A stretch of DNA of 64,000 nucleotides from the human T2T-CHM13v2.0 reference genome, Homo sapiens, in NCBI RefSeq assembly GCF_009914755.1, contig NC_060926.1, one strand, 5' to 3'. Both the position numbers and the translations under genes were made by a program. The notes under the pieces are model-generated. The model saw only the letters and a program-made list of their open reading frames with translations. It was not told the origin of the DNA and made no database searches. Positions 12,063 to 25,266 of the stretch are shown piece after piece (the first letter of the stretch is position 1; each line of letters opens with the position of its first letter).

Positions 12063-14220
12063 TTATCCTAAAATGAGTTAATATACTCATTTTTTTATTT
12101 TTAAGCAAATTTCTCTTTAATGAGAACTCAACTAAAAAGATATAATTTTAATATATGTGTATTTTATTTTTTATCTAGTTAACTAACCATCTAGAGTTTT
12201 GAAAAAAAAATAACAAAATAGCCACTGTCTCTTTACTGAAAGCTTGGCTTTAGGAGCTAATTTTCTGACTGAGGTATAAATATATTCCCTATTTCCAAGC
12301 ATTCAACATGTATTACCTGGGAGACTCCTTTGTCAACAGAGCACATACCAAATCAGTTACTGGAAGTATATTAAGATTATATATGTTAATTTGCATTTGA
12401 CAAACATGCCTGCTGAGACACTAGCTAAATGCTCAGCCTGACTTGCATTATCAAAACTCCCATAAGCAGAAAAGCCGAATCCCCATATGGGGCACAACAA
12501 CACGAATTACACGATCCAGTGAGGGTTCCTGAGGGAAACGGCAGCTTCCAAGAAAAAAAAAAAATTCTTCCAGGGCAAGTCACAACCTTTGATAAGTCAT
12601 GTGTTTTTATCTTGTTGGCTTTCTCCAAAGGCGTAAAGGAGTGCCCTTAGAAACAACAAGAATCATATGTAACTAAAAGCCTAGAGTGTCATTGTCAGAA
12701 CTTTAATTTGAGTTTTGGCATGGCTACTTAATTTGTAGTACATAATCTTCCTTTCACCCCCTGAAAGCAAAAAAATAACTTCAAGAGAGCAAGCCTGGTG
12801 TGTGTTAAAGTCCCAGATTCTAGTGCCACTCTGTCATGGTGGCTGGGATGTTAAGTGAGACCCGCCATCCCAACTCCCCCCACCTCCCCCACTCCACCCC
12901 TCATCCCCGCTTCTCAAAGTTCCTATTTCAAGGCCCATCACAGACTGGGTCCAGGAGGGCAGTTTGGCCCAAACTAAAGATCCACAAGTCTCTGTAGCAT
13001 ATTCTTATAGACTTTATTTTGGGAGGGGTTTTAGGTTTCCAGAAAAACTGAGCAGAAAGTACAGAGAGTACCCACACTCTCTTCCCTGACTCTCGTTTCC
13101 CCCAAATATTAACATTTTCTACTGGTGTGGTGCATCTGTTACAATTGATGAACCAATCTTGGTACATTATTATTAATTAAGGACCACAGGTACATTACTA
13201 TTAATTAAAGACCACAGTTTACTAGGGTTCACTATGTTGTAATTTTTGCCAAATGCATAACATCGTGTATCCGCTATTGCCATATCACACAGAATAGTTT
13301 CACCGCCCTAACAATGCCCTGTAATCCACCTATTATTCCTTCCTCAAACCCTGGCAACCACTGACATTTTTACTGTTTTTATAGTGTTGCATTTTCTTAA
13401 ATGTTATATAGTTGAATTTATACTATATGTTGTCTTTTCAGGCTGGATTCTTTTACTTTACAATATGTATTTAAGTTTCTTTCATGTCTTTTTGTGGCTT
13501 CATAGTTTTTAAAGCATTGAATAATATTCCATTGTATAGATTCATACAATGGAATAATACAATGGAATATTAGTGATTTTAAAATGTATCCATTGTATAG
13601 ATATTGTTTCTCCATTCAACTGTTGAAGAATACCTTGTTTGCTTCCAAATTGTCACAATCATGAATAAAACTACTATTAACATTTGTATGCAGTTTTTTG
13701 TGTAAACGTAAATGTTCAAGTCACTTGAGTAACTACCTAGAAGCCCAATTGCTGAGTCATATGGTAAGACTATGTTTAGTTTTATAAGAAACTGCCAAGG
13801 TGTCTTTCAAAATGGCTTTATTATTTTGCATCCCCACCAGCAGTAAATGAGAGTTCCTGTTGCTCTACGTCTTCACCAGCATTTTGGTATCGTCAGTCTT
13901 TTGGATTTCAGCCATTCTCATAGGTGTGTGGTGGTACCTCATTGTTGTTTTAATTTTCAGTTTCCTGATGACTATAATGCTAAGCTTTTTTTCATATGCT
14001 TATTTGCCATCTGTATATTTTCTTTGGTGAAGCATCTACTGGGTTGTTTTCTTATTGTTGAATTTTCAGAATTATTTGCATATTTTGGATACAAGCTGTT
14101 ATCAGATATGTGTTTTGCAAATATCCCCTCTCAGTCTGTGACCTGTCTTTTGAATCTCTTAACAGTGCATGAAATTAATTTTTGCAGAGCCAAAATTTTT
14201 AATTTGAATGAAAATTAACT

Positions 14221-14525
14221 GGCCAGTTACAGTGGTTCACACCTGTAATCCTAGCATTTTGGGAGGCCGAGGTGGGCAGACTGCCTGAGCTCAGGAGTTC
14301 AAGACCACTCCCTGGACAACATGGTGAAATCTCATCTCTAGTAAAATACAAAAAATTGGCCAGGCATGGGTGTGGACGCCTGTAGACCCAGCTACTCAGG
14401 AGGGTGAGGCGCAAGAATCACTTGAGCCTGGGAGTCGGAGGTTTCAGTGGGCTAGGATCACACCACTGCACTCCAGCCTGGGTGACAGAACGAGATCCTG
14501 CCTCAGAAAAAATAATAATAATAAA
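14221..14525 (+). mobile_element. Alu SINE (AluS-like) inside L1
   Basis: Full dimer; TSD GAAAATTAACT (14210-14220) / GAAAACTAACT (14526-14536). Confidence 0.95.
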
Positions 14526-14894
14526 GAAAACTAACTCAATGTTTTCTTCCATTGATTAATTATGCTTTTGGTGTTTTATCTAAAAACTCATTGCCAAACT
14601 CAAAGTCAACTAAATTTTCTGTTACTTTCCAGAAGTTTTATAATTTTGCATTTTAAATTAGGCCTGTGATCCATTTTAATTTTTGTGAAAGCTGTAAGGT
14701 CTGTATCTAGATTTTTTTTTTTTTTTTTTTTTGCATTTAGATATCCAGTTGTTTCAGCACCATTTGCTGAAAGGACTATTCTTTCTCCTTTGTATTGCCT
14801 TTCCTTCTTTGTCAAAGACCAGTGACTGTATTTTGTGGATCTATTTCTAGGCTCTCTATTTTGTCCCATCAATCTGTCTATTCTTTTACCAATA

Positions 14895-15136
14895 AAAAAG
14901 AAGCATGCCTAATCCAAAAATTCAAATTTGAAATGCCTCAAAATCTGAAACTTTTTAAGACTAACAAAATGCTCGAAGTTCATGCTCAAAGAAAATGCTC
15001 CTTGGAGCACTTCAAATTTCAGATTTTCAGATTAGGTCTCAATGTACCTATATGCAAATATTTCAAACTCCAAAAAAAATCCAAAACTCCAAACACTTCT
15101 GGTTACAAGCATTTGGCATAAGGCACACTCAACCTG
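14895..15136 (+). mobile_element. Tigger4a/MER46-like TcMar element inside L1
   Basis: ...CTTCTGGTTACAAGCATTTGGCATAAGGCACACTCAACCTG end with flanking TA. The host L1 resumes as ACCAA-TA-CCACACTGTC. Confidence 0.8.
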
Positions 15137-15640
15137 TACCACACTGTCTTGATTACTGAAGCTTTATAGTAAGACTTGAAGCCATGTAGTGTCAGTCTTC
15201 TGACTTTGCTCTTCCTCTTCAATATTTTATTGAATATTCTGGGTCTTTTGTCTTTCCATATAAAACTTTAGAATCAGTTTGTTGATATCCACAAAATAAT
15301 TTGCAAGGATTTTTACTGGGATTGTGTTGCAGGTATAGATCAATTTAGGAAGAGTTGACATCTCAACAAGATTGAGCCTTCCTGTCCATGAACATGAAAT
15401 GTCTTTCCATTTACTTAAATTTTTTTATTTCTTCTATCAGAATTTTGTAGTTTTCCTCATATAGATCTTATACACACTTTGTTATATCTATACCTAAGAT
15501 TATTTTGGTTCTAATGTCAATGATTTTGTGTTAATTTCAAATTTCAGCTGCTGATATATAAGAAAGCAATTACTTTTTATATATTAACTTTATACCAGTA
15601 GCCTTGCTATAATCCCTTATTAGTTCCAGGAGGGTTTTTT

Positions 15641-15935
15641 TTTTCTTCTTTTTTGAGATGGAGTCTCACTCTGTCGCCCAGGCTGGAGTGCAGTGGCTCT
15701 ATCTTGGCTCACTGGAAGCCCCGCCTCCTGGGTTCACGCCATTCTCCTGCCTCAGCCTCCTGAGTAGCTGGAACTACAGGCACCTGCCACCAAGCCCAGC
15801 TAATTTTTTGTATTTTTAGTAGAGACAGGGTTTCACCATGTTAGCCAGGATCGTCTCGATCTCCTGACCTTGTGATCTGCCCACCTCAGCCTCCCAAAGT
15901 GCTGGGATTACAGGCGTGAGCCACCACACCCGGCC
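15641..15935 (-). mobile_element. Alu SINE (AluY/AluSc-like) inside L1
   Basis: GTTCACGCCATTCTCC and GTTAGCCAGGAT diagnostic segments; TSD TCCAGGA(G/A)GGTTTTTT at 15625-15640 and 15936-15951. Confidence 0.95.
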
Positions 15936-16226
15936 TCCAGGAAGGTTTTTTGTTTATTCATTGGTATTTTCTGAATAGACAATTATGTTGTCTTCAAACA
16001 AACATAGTTTTATTTCTTTCTTCCCAAGATGCATACCTTTTATTTCCTTTTATCTTATTTCATTAGCTAGGACTTCTAGTACAATGTTGAACAGAGATGG
16101 TGAGAAGGGACATCCTGGCCTTTTTCCCAATCTTAGAAGAAAAGTGCCCAGTTTCTCACCATTAATTATGATGTCAGCTCTGTATTTGTTACACATGCTC
16201 TTTATCAAGTTGAGCAAGTTCTTCTC

Positions 16227-16692
16227 TGTCTTGGTCTGTTTTTTGTTGCTAAAACAGAACATCTGAGACTGGGAAATTTATTAAAGAAAAGAGATTTATT
16301 TAGCTCATGATTCGGGTGGCTGGAAAGCTCAAGATTGAGCATCTGCACCTGGTGAGGAGCTCGGGATGCATCAACTCATGGCAGAAAGTGGAAAAGGAGC
16401 CAGCATATGCAAAGAGATCACATGCTGAGAGAGGAAACAAGATAGCAAAACCAAAGAAGTCAAAAAGTTTAACAACTTACTTTCTCAGGAACTAATCCAT
16501 TTATGTGAGAACTAATCCAGTCTCACCAAAGTGAGAACTCACTTGCTACTGTGGAGAATGACACAAAGCCATTCATGAGGGATCTACTCCCATGACCCAA
16601 ACACCTCCCACTAGGTCCCAGTTCACAACATTGGGGATCAAATTTAACATGAGTTTTGGTGAGAACAAACTAACCATATCCAAACCATAGCA
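16227..16692 (-). mobile_element. MaLR solo LTR (MST family) inside L1
   Basis: TGTCTTGGTCTGTT...CATGACCCAAACACCTCCCACTAGG...CCAAACCATAGCA, with TG...CA ends. Confidence 0.82.
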
Positions 16693-16906
16693 CCTTCTGT
16701 TGCTACTTTGCTGAAAGTTTTTTATTATGAATGAGGTGTTGGAGTTTGTCTAATGTTTTTTCTCCATCTATTAATATGATTATATAATTTTTCTTTAGTA
16801 TGTTGATGTGATTTTTCCAATGTTAAACCATACTTGTACACCTAGAATAAGTTCTACTTGGCATTATATATAATTCTTTGTATACATTGTTAGATTTAAT
16901 TTCCTA

Positions 16907-18196
16907 AGAGGGGGTCTTTAAAGGTTCATGGAAAATATTTATTATGAAAAAAACTATTCAGGCATTTCAAAAACTTTTACATCAAAATCAACTCATGCTA
17001 ACTTCTTACAACATACTTAAACAGGAGCTAATTTAAGGAACCATTAACAAAAAGGATAAGACATCTGTTTGAAAAGAGCCCCTATCAGAGCAACATGAAT
17101 TCTGATAAAATTGAAACAAGAACAAACATCAAATTTATGGTGAAACTTGGGTGGAGGAATAGTGAAATCATTGATGCTTTCTGAAAAGTTTATGGGGACA
17201 ATGACCCAAAGAAATCAGCAGTTTACAAACGGATGACTCATTTTAAGAAATGATAAGACCATGTTAAGGGTGAAGCCCACAGTGACTAGACCACCCACAT
17301 CAACTTGTGAGAAAAAAACTTAATCTTATTCACATCCTAATTGAAGAGGACCAACAATTAACAGCAGAAACAATTGCCACACTATAAACATTTCAATTGG
17401 TTCAGCATACACAATTCTGACGAAAAATTAAACAAACTTTTCACTTAATGAGTGCCAAAACTATTGTACCCACATCAGCAGCAAACAAGATTAAAGCTTT
17501 TGATGGAAAATCTAAACTTGTGGGATCAATATCCTGAAGCATTTCTTTGAAAAATTGTAACAGAAAATGAAGTATGGCTTTACCAGTGCAATCCTGAAGA
17601 CAAAGCACAATCAAAGGAATGGATACCAAGAGGTGGAATTGATCCAGTGAAAGCAAAAGCAGACCAATCCAGAGCAAAGGTCATGGCAACAGTTTTTTGG
17701 GATGCTTAAGGCATTATGTTTGACTTCCTTGAGGGCAAAAGGGTAGTATCTGTTTATGTGACAGTGTTTTGAGAAAGTTAACCAAAGCTTTAGCAAAAAA
17801 AAAGCCCGGGAAATCTTCACCAGAGAGTCCTTCTTCACCACAACAATGCTCCTACTCATTCCTCTGATCCAACAAAGGCAATTTTGCAAGAATTTCTATG
17901 GGAACTTATTAAGCATCCACTTTACAGTCCTGTTTTGACTCCTGACTTCTTTTTGTTTTCTAATTTTAAAAATATATTTAAAGGGCACTCATTTTTCTTC
18001 ATTGAATAATGTAAAAAATATTGAATTGACATGGTTAAATCTCTGGGACCCTCAGTTCTTTAGAAATAGACTAAATGGCTAGTATCATTGCTTACAAAGG
18101 TATCTTGAACTTGATGGAGTTTATGTTAATAAAGTTTATATTTCTCGTTTTCATCTTTTAGTTCCGTTTATTCCATGAACTTTTGAAGTTCCCCCA
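16907..18196 (+). mobile_element. Full-length HSMAR2 mariner with pseudogenised transposase
   Basis: TIRs GAGGGGGTCTTTAAAGGTTCATGGAA / TTCCATGAACTTTTGAAGTTCCCCC, TA flanks, about 1.29 kb. ATG at 17095 gives MNSDKIETRTNIKFMVKLGWRNSEIIDAF*, followed by further stops and frameshifts. Confidence 0.92.
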
Positions 18197-20998
18197 TATT
18201 TTCCTGAGGTTTTTTCCATCTATATTCGTGATGAATATTGGTCTGTAGACTTTCTTTCTTGAAACGTCTTTACCTGGTCTTGGCATAAGGGTAATCCTAG
18301 CCACATAGAATAAACTAGAATGTGTTCCCTCTGCTTCTTTTTCTCAAATAGATTATAGAGTATTCCTATGTTTTCTTTCTTAAATGTTTGGTAGAATTCA
18401 CCAGTGAAACAATCTGAGCATTGTGCTTTTATTTGGAAGATTATTAATTACTAATTCAATTTCTTTAATATATATAGACCTATTCAGATTATCTGTTTCT
18501 CCTTGTGTGAATTTTGGTAGATTGTGTCTTTCAAGGAATTGACCCATTTTATGTAACATCAAATTTGTGGACATAAAGTTGTTCATAATTTTCTTTCATT
18601 ATTCTAATGTCCATGGAATCAGCAGTGATGGCTCCTCTTTCATTTATGATTAATAATTTGTGTCTTCTCTCTTATTTTCTTGATTAGCCTGGCTAGGTAG
18701 TTATGAATTTTCCTGATCTTTTGTAAGAACCAACATGTGGATGTTGGTTTTCTCTATTGTTTTCCGGTTTTTAATTTCACTATTTCTGATCTGATTTTTA
18801 CTATTTCTTTTCTTCTGCTTAGTTTGGATTTAATTTGTCCTTTTTTTTAGTCTACAAGGTGGAGGCTTAATTTATTGGATTCTTTTCTAATACATGCACT
18901 CAATGCTATAAATTTGCCTCTGAGCACTGCTTTTGCTGCATCCCACGAATTTTGATGGGTTGTAAATGAAAATGTTTTTATTTAGTTCAATATATTTTTT
19001 AATTTCTCTTCACACTTCTTTGATCATGTGTTACTTAGAGCTTTTTTTGTATACAAGTATTTTGGGATTTTCTAGCCATCTTTCTGTTAGAGATTCCTAC
19101 TTTAATGCCATTATGGCCTGAGAGCATACTTATATGATGTCTATTCTTTTAAATTGGTCAAGGTTTTTTTATGATTCAAAACGCGGTCTACCTTGTGAAT
19201 GTTCCCTGTGTGCGTCGGAAACATATGTATTCTGCTGTTGTTGTATGAAGTATTTTCTAAAATGTCAATTAGATTCATTTGACTGATGGTGGTGTTCAGT
19301 TCAACTATGTCCTTACTGATTTTCTGCCTGCTGGATCTGTCAATTACTGGCATAGTGGTGTTGAAATCTCCAACTATAATAGAGGACTCATCTAGTTCTC
19401 CTTGCAGTTCTATCATTTTTGCCTAATGTATATTGATATTCTGTTGTTAGACACATACACATTTAAAATGATTATGTCTTCTTAGGGAATAGATCCCTTT
19501 TATCATTATGTAATGCCCCTCTTTATCCATAATTTTTCTTGCTCTGAAGTCTGAAATTAATATAGCTACTTCAGCTTGCTTTTGATTAGTGTTAGTATAT
19601 CTTCATCCCTTTATTTTTAATCTATCTGTGTTATTATATTTAAAGTGGGTTTCTGGCAGATAACATATAGTGGGGTTTTTTATCCACTCTGACATCTTTG
19701 TCTTTTAACTGATAAATTTAGACCTTTCCTATTTTAAGTAACTATTATTATCATTGGATTATTATCAACCACATTTGTAACTCTTTTTTACTTGTTGCCC
19801 TTGTTCTTTCTTTTTTGTCTCTTTCTGCCTTCTCCAGTTTTAATTGAGCATTTTGTATAATTCCATTTTCTCTTATCTCTTAAAAAATCATTTATACTTT
19901 AAAAAAACATTTTTGGTTATTGCTCTAGAGTTTGCAAAATATGTTTATGACTAATTTCAGTTCCCTTTCAAATAAAACCATACCACCTCATGTGTAGTAC
20001 AAGTAACGTATAACAGAGTATTACCAATTCCTTCTTCCCATCTCTTACACCAGTGTTGTTATTCCTTGCACTATTCCACAAACTACAAACGTTTCTTTTT
20101 CTGTTGGCATTTTAGTCTAGGAAACTTCTACTCACATATTTTCAAGCTCATTAATTCTTTCTTTGCCATGTCCAATTTTCTGATGGATAAGCCCAAAGGC
20201 ATTCTTCATTTCTGTTACTATGGTTTTTATTTCTAACATTTCTTTTTGATTCTTAGAGTTTTTCTCTCTCTCTCTGCTTATATTACCCATTTGTCCTTGT
20301 ATGTTGTACACTTTACTGGTGCCCTTATCATATTCATCACAGTTATTTTAAATTCCCGGATAAAATAATTATTTAGTTAATTGCTGGCTGAAACTTCAAA
20401 ATCTCTCATATTTGACTGTTTCTAATGCTTGATTTGTCCCTTCAAACTCTGATTTTTGCCTTTTAGCATGCCTTGTAATTGTTTATTAAAGCAAACATGA
20501 TATATCAGATAAAAGGAACTGAGGCAAATAGGCCTTTAGTGTGAGGTTTTATGTTTATCTGGCTAGCAATTAGACAGTGTTTACTGTTTGCTGCAGCTGT
20601 GGTGTCAAATGCTAACACTTTCTCTAGTGTCTTTTTTTTTTTTTCTCCATGTTGTCCTTGGGTGTCCCTGTAAACTCCTTAATTAGGATCCGAAGTTTGC
20701 AGTTCTTTCAGCTATAATACCCTGTTGTTATACAGAAGCCTTCTTGATATGGTGGTAAGATATGGAGGAGAGGAAGAATTCTATAGTCATATGATTACGT
20801 GTCAGTCTTTTAGTGCATCTGGGATGGATATTCCTCTTCCCTACCCCATCCATCCCACCCACTATTCTTTGGTCAGGTAGGCTTTGGTAAAGCTCCAATC
20901 AGGCTCTGACAAATTAGTTTTCCCTGACAGCAGGACAAAAAAAGAGTTTTTGTATATTTCAGAAGCGTTGTTTTTCCATTCTGAAAATCTCTTGAAAC

Positions 20999-21035
<37 letters not shown>

Positions 21036-22359
21036 AGTCCTCACAGTGAAAACTTGGCAGGGCTCCTGAGGGTGAAATTGGAAAAACTGGAGAGGTCCTC
21101 TTAAACCTGTAAGTCCTTGGAGTTTTTAACTCTCAATGACCCTCCAGCAATTGGTCAATTACAGTTTAAATTGCTCCTACCAATAGTGGCTTCAACTGTG
21201 GATTCTGTTTCTGGTCTTCTGCTACTAGTAAGCTGTGATTAACTGTATCTGCCAGATTATCTCTCCATTTTAGAAAGCAGTTTGCCCTGTGATCTCCATT
21301 CTGTGAGGGATCCAAGAAGAGTTTTTGATTTTCAGTTTGTTCAGCTTTTTTTCTTGTTGTCAAGATGCAAGTGATGACTTCTGAGCTCTTTACATGTCAA
21401 ACTAGAAAGCACTTTTGGCATTTTTAAGAGTAATGCATATAATTAGAGAAATATACTCAAAGCACTGAGAGAAAAAACATTCAAACTAGTGTCTTTCCAG
21501 GGCCACATCACTTGTCATGCAATTTCATATAAATCTTGTGGTTAACACAATTATATTAAGAATTTGGCAGCTTTTAAAACCATTACTTAGTTAAATATAA
21601 TCATGTAAGTATGTCACAACTGTTTCTTCTTTTTTAACCTGTGAACTTGCCCCCAGTTAGAAGTAGTCAGAGCTTCTCTGGGTATCTGCAAGGTTTTGCC
21701 TCTATTCAAACTCACCCTCTCACCTCTCAAAGCCCATCTCCCTTGATATTTGTACGAGACATAAAAGATAATGGTCACTTGAAAGCAGAAAGCACAATAA
21801 CTCATGTGAAGCACATGAACCCCCATACAAACATGGTTTACCTATAATCTATAACATGTATAATAAAAATAACAAGAATAAATGCATTATTTCAATTTAT
21901 TCATTCATAAATCAGAACACATGCTATATTGTTTGACTTCAAATCTCCAGAAAATTTTGGATTGAAGATACTAAGGATATTTAGATTCATTATTAATCAT
22001 GATTAAACTATCCATTTTACATTTTAAAAAGCAGGAGAATTTGTCCCATTCAATATAGTCTCTGTTGTAATCTTGAGAGGTTTTGTATTGTGTTGCCATA
22101 ATCTGCTCTGCTCTCAGTAAAGTGCAGTGAGGGACTAGCAACAACAAAACACTGAAAAAAGCACCTACGAAACAGAGTCCCACCCTAGTGGGGAAACACT
22201 GAGATCTGGTGGATCTAAGATCTACTGAGGAATAGAAAGGCAGTAGCTTGAAAGTGCTTCAGACAAGAGTGGGCAGCCTTGAGAAGGCACTAATCCCAAG
22301 GGAACGTGAGGCATCCTTTGGAGACTTTGTGATGAAGGAAAATAAGCACTGAAGTTTGA

Positions 22360-23870
22360 AAATTAGAAAAAACTATTTTAAAATTCATATGGAACCAAAA
22401 CAGAGCCTGAATAGCCAAGACAATCCTAAGCAAAAAGAACACAGCTGGAGGCATCATGCTACCTGACTTCAAACTATGCTACAAGGCTACAGTAACCAAA
22501 ACAGCATGGTACTGGTACCAAAACAGACACACAGACCAATGGAACAGAATAGAGACCTCAGAAATAAGACTGCACACCTACAGCCATCTGATCTTCAATA
22601 AACATGACAAAAACAAGCAATGGGTAAAGGATTCCCTATTTAATAAACAGAGCTGGGAGAACTGGCTAGCCATATGTAGAAAATTGAAACTAGACCCATT
22701 CCTTACACCTCATACAAAAATTAATTCAAGATGGATTAAAGATTCATATGTAAAGCCCAAAACTGTAAAAACCCTAGAAGAAAATCTAGGCAATGCCATT
22801 CAGGACATAGGCACAGGCAAACATTTCATGATGAAAACACCAAAAGCAACTACAGCAAAAGCAAAAATCGGCAAATGGGATCTAATTAAAGCACTTCTGC
22901 ACAGCAAAAGAAACTATCAACAGAGTAAACAGACATCATACAGAATAGGAGAAAATATTTGCAATCTATCCATCTGACAAAGGTCTAATATCTAGAGCCT
23001 ACAAGGAACTTAAATTTACAAGGAAAAAACAACCCCCATTAAAAAGTAGGCAAAGAACATGAACAGACACTTCTCAAAAGACATATATGAAGCCAACAAA
23101 TACATGAAAAAAAGCTCAACAGCACTGATATTTAGAGAGATGCAAATCAAAACCACAATGAGATACCATCTCATGCCAGTCAGAATGGTGATTATTAAAA
23201 AGTCAAAAAACAAGAGATGCTGGCGAGGTTGTGGAGAAAAAGGAACGCTTCTACACTGTTGGTGGGAGTGTAAATTAGTTCAACCATTGTGGAAAATGGT
23301 ATAGCAATTCTTCGACGATCTAGAGGCAGTAATACCATTTGACCCAGAAATCTCATTACTGGGTATATACCTAAAGGAATGTAAATCATTCTATTATAAA
23401 GTTACACTCAAGTGTATGTTCATTGCAGCACTATTCACAATAGCAAAGACATGAAATCAACCCAAATGCCCATCGATGACAGTCTAGATAAAGAAAATAT
23501 AATACATATACACCATGGAATACTATGCAGCCATAAAAAGGAATGAGATCATATCCTTTGCAGCGACACAGATGGAGCTAGAAGCCATTATCCTCAGCAA
23601 ACTAATGCAGGAACAGAAAACCAAATACCACGTGTTCTCATTTATATGGGAGCTGAACAATGAGACATGGGGAGGAACAACACGCACTGGGGCCTATTGG
23701 GGTGGGTGGAGGGAGAGCATCAGGAAGAAAGGCTAGTGGATGCTGGGCTTAATACCTAGGTGATGGGATGATCTATGCAGCAAACCACCATGGCACACAT
23801 TTACCTAGGTAACTAACCCGCACATCCTGCACATGTACCCCTGAATGTAAAAGTTGCAAATTTTTAAAAA
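22360..23870 (+). mobile_element. 5'-truncated L1 (older L1PA/L1PB-like)
   Basis: ORF2 C-terminal remnants (22456-22977 [23 protein letters not shown]; 23059-23304 [14 protein letters not shown]) followed by the L1 3'UTR. Confidence 0.95.
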
Positions 23871-25059
23871 AGAGTTCTAAAAGAGAATTATAAAGTCAAA
23901 TGACATACCAATGCTCTCACCCACCACCAAAAAAAGGGCCTTCTAATGAAGAAAATGTATTTCATTATGCCAACCAAAGAGGGCACTCCTGTACCACATA
24001 AGCCACTCAAACCTCTCACCCTCACTTACATAGAACCATTTGCTATAGCTGGCCCAGGAAAGTATAACATTTCAAAATGAACAGAATACAGCAGTAAAAT
24101 CATATTTTTAAAAAAGCATACAAAAAATGCAACATTTCAGCTGACGATCTTTTAAAAACTCCCAAAAAACTGACTTTACACAGTGGAACATTCTATCACA
24201 ATGCCTCAACCCAACATGAACTATATAGCCTTTAAAATTTTTTGTATGGTTTAAAAAAAAAAGACACTCCAAATTAGAAATTCATAAATTCCCCAGACCT
24301 GAGATCCTGGACCCTGGAATGAGCATGGATGAGACCAGAGAAGGTGTGGGTGGAAACAAGCTCTATGGAAAATAAAGCATAAGGTACGATGGTGAAGAAA
24401 AAAAGGAATTCATAAATTCAGAAAGGGAGAAAAAAACAGGAAGATGTGAAATAAGAATTAACTGAAATCAGAAAATAAATTGGAGGAAAAAAATCAAAAA
24501 ATCAAGCCAGAAATTGTGCTGAGTTGTACTACTGTCATTTTAGTGGGTGCTACATTTTCCAGAATCCCTTTCCCTGAGTGCTTCCATATTAATTTATCAA
24601 AAGATGAGCCTGCATGATATATGGAAGGTAGAGGAGAAGCAGCAGCCATTATTCTCTGAAGGTCTTTGTGGTCAAACACAGTGGCAGACGCAAGACTGAG
24701 TTCTAATTTGTCTTTGATCTCCTTTACTCCACCTCAACCTCATTTCCTAACCCTGGTCCCTGCTGACCAACAGTACCCCTAAGCACACCACCAGATACTT
24801 GGCTATAGACTATCAGTGCCAGTGGCTACACAGAGGCAATAAATTTTCATAAAGTGGTCTATGACCTCCAGCTTTTGGTCCCACTTCACTGGATGGATAT
24901 GCTTGGCTTTTCAGATTTCTCTGCAAGTTCTGAGTTGTCTACCCACACAAGTGCCTTCAGGAAAAATGGTAAGTAACTCCTGATCATCCCATAGTCACCC
25001 CTTCCAAACCAACTTACAAAGTACTCAATAGAGAATAAATTAAGTTGGAAATACTACGA

Positions 25060-25266
25060 GAGGAATGAATGATGTACTGGAGCCAACTCATACCAACGTG
25101 GCAGAGCAAATTCTGTGTGTATCTTCTCAACGCTGTGTTCAGTGACATCCCATTGGTAGGTGGACATTAGTCATAATGGGAGTATTTACACCACTGGAAT
25201 TTGCAAATGCTATAAATCAGGGATTTTATTCCATAGGTGTTATTAAACATTTACCAGCACATGATT
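25060..25266. mobile_element. MER63-like hAT element
   Basis: GTACTGGAGCCAACTCATACC...GGGAGTATTTACACCAC...CCAGCACA. Confidence 0.6.

Larger units (their letters stand above)
13010..21410 (-). mobile_element. Ancient long L1 (L1MC/L1MD-like), decayed, with nested insertions
   Basis: L1M 3'UTR at about 13010-13700; ORF2 remnants on - (16050-16262 RPGCPFSPSLFNIVLEVLA; 19141-19416 IIVGDFNT, endonuclease domain); 5'-end-like sequence near 21400. Confidence 0.88.

Noticed and set aside
22456-23736. 173-aa and neighbouring ORFs
   Set aside because: They are fragments of L1 ORF2 in a 5'-truncated element.
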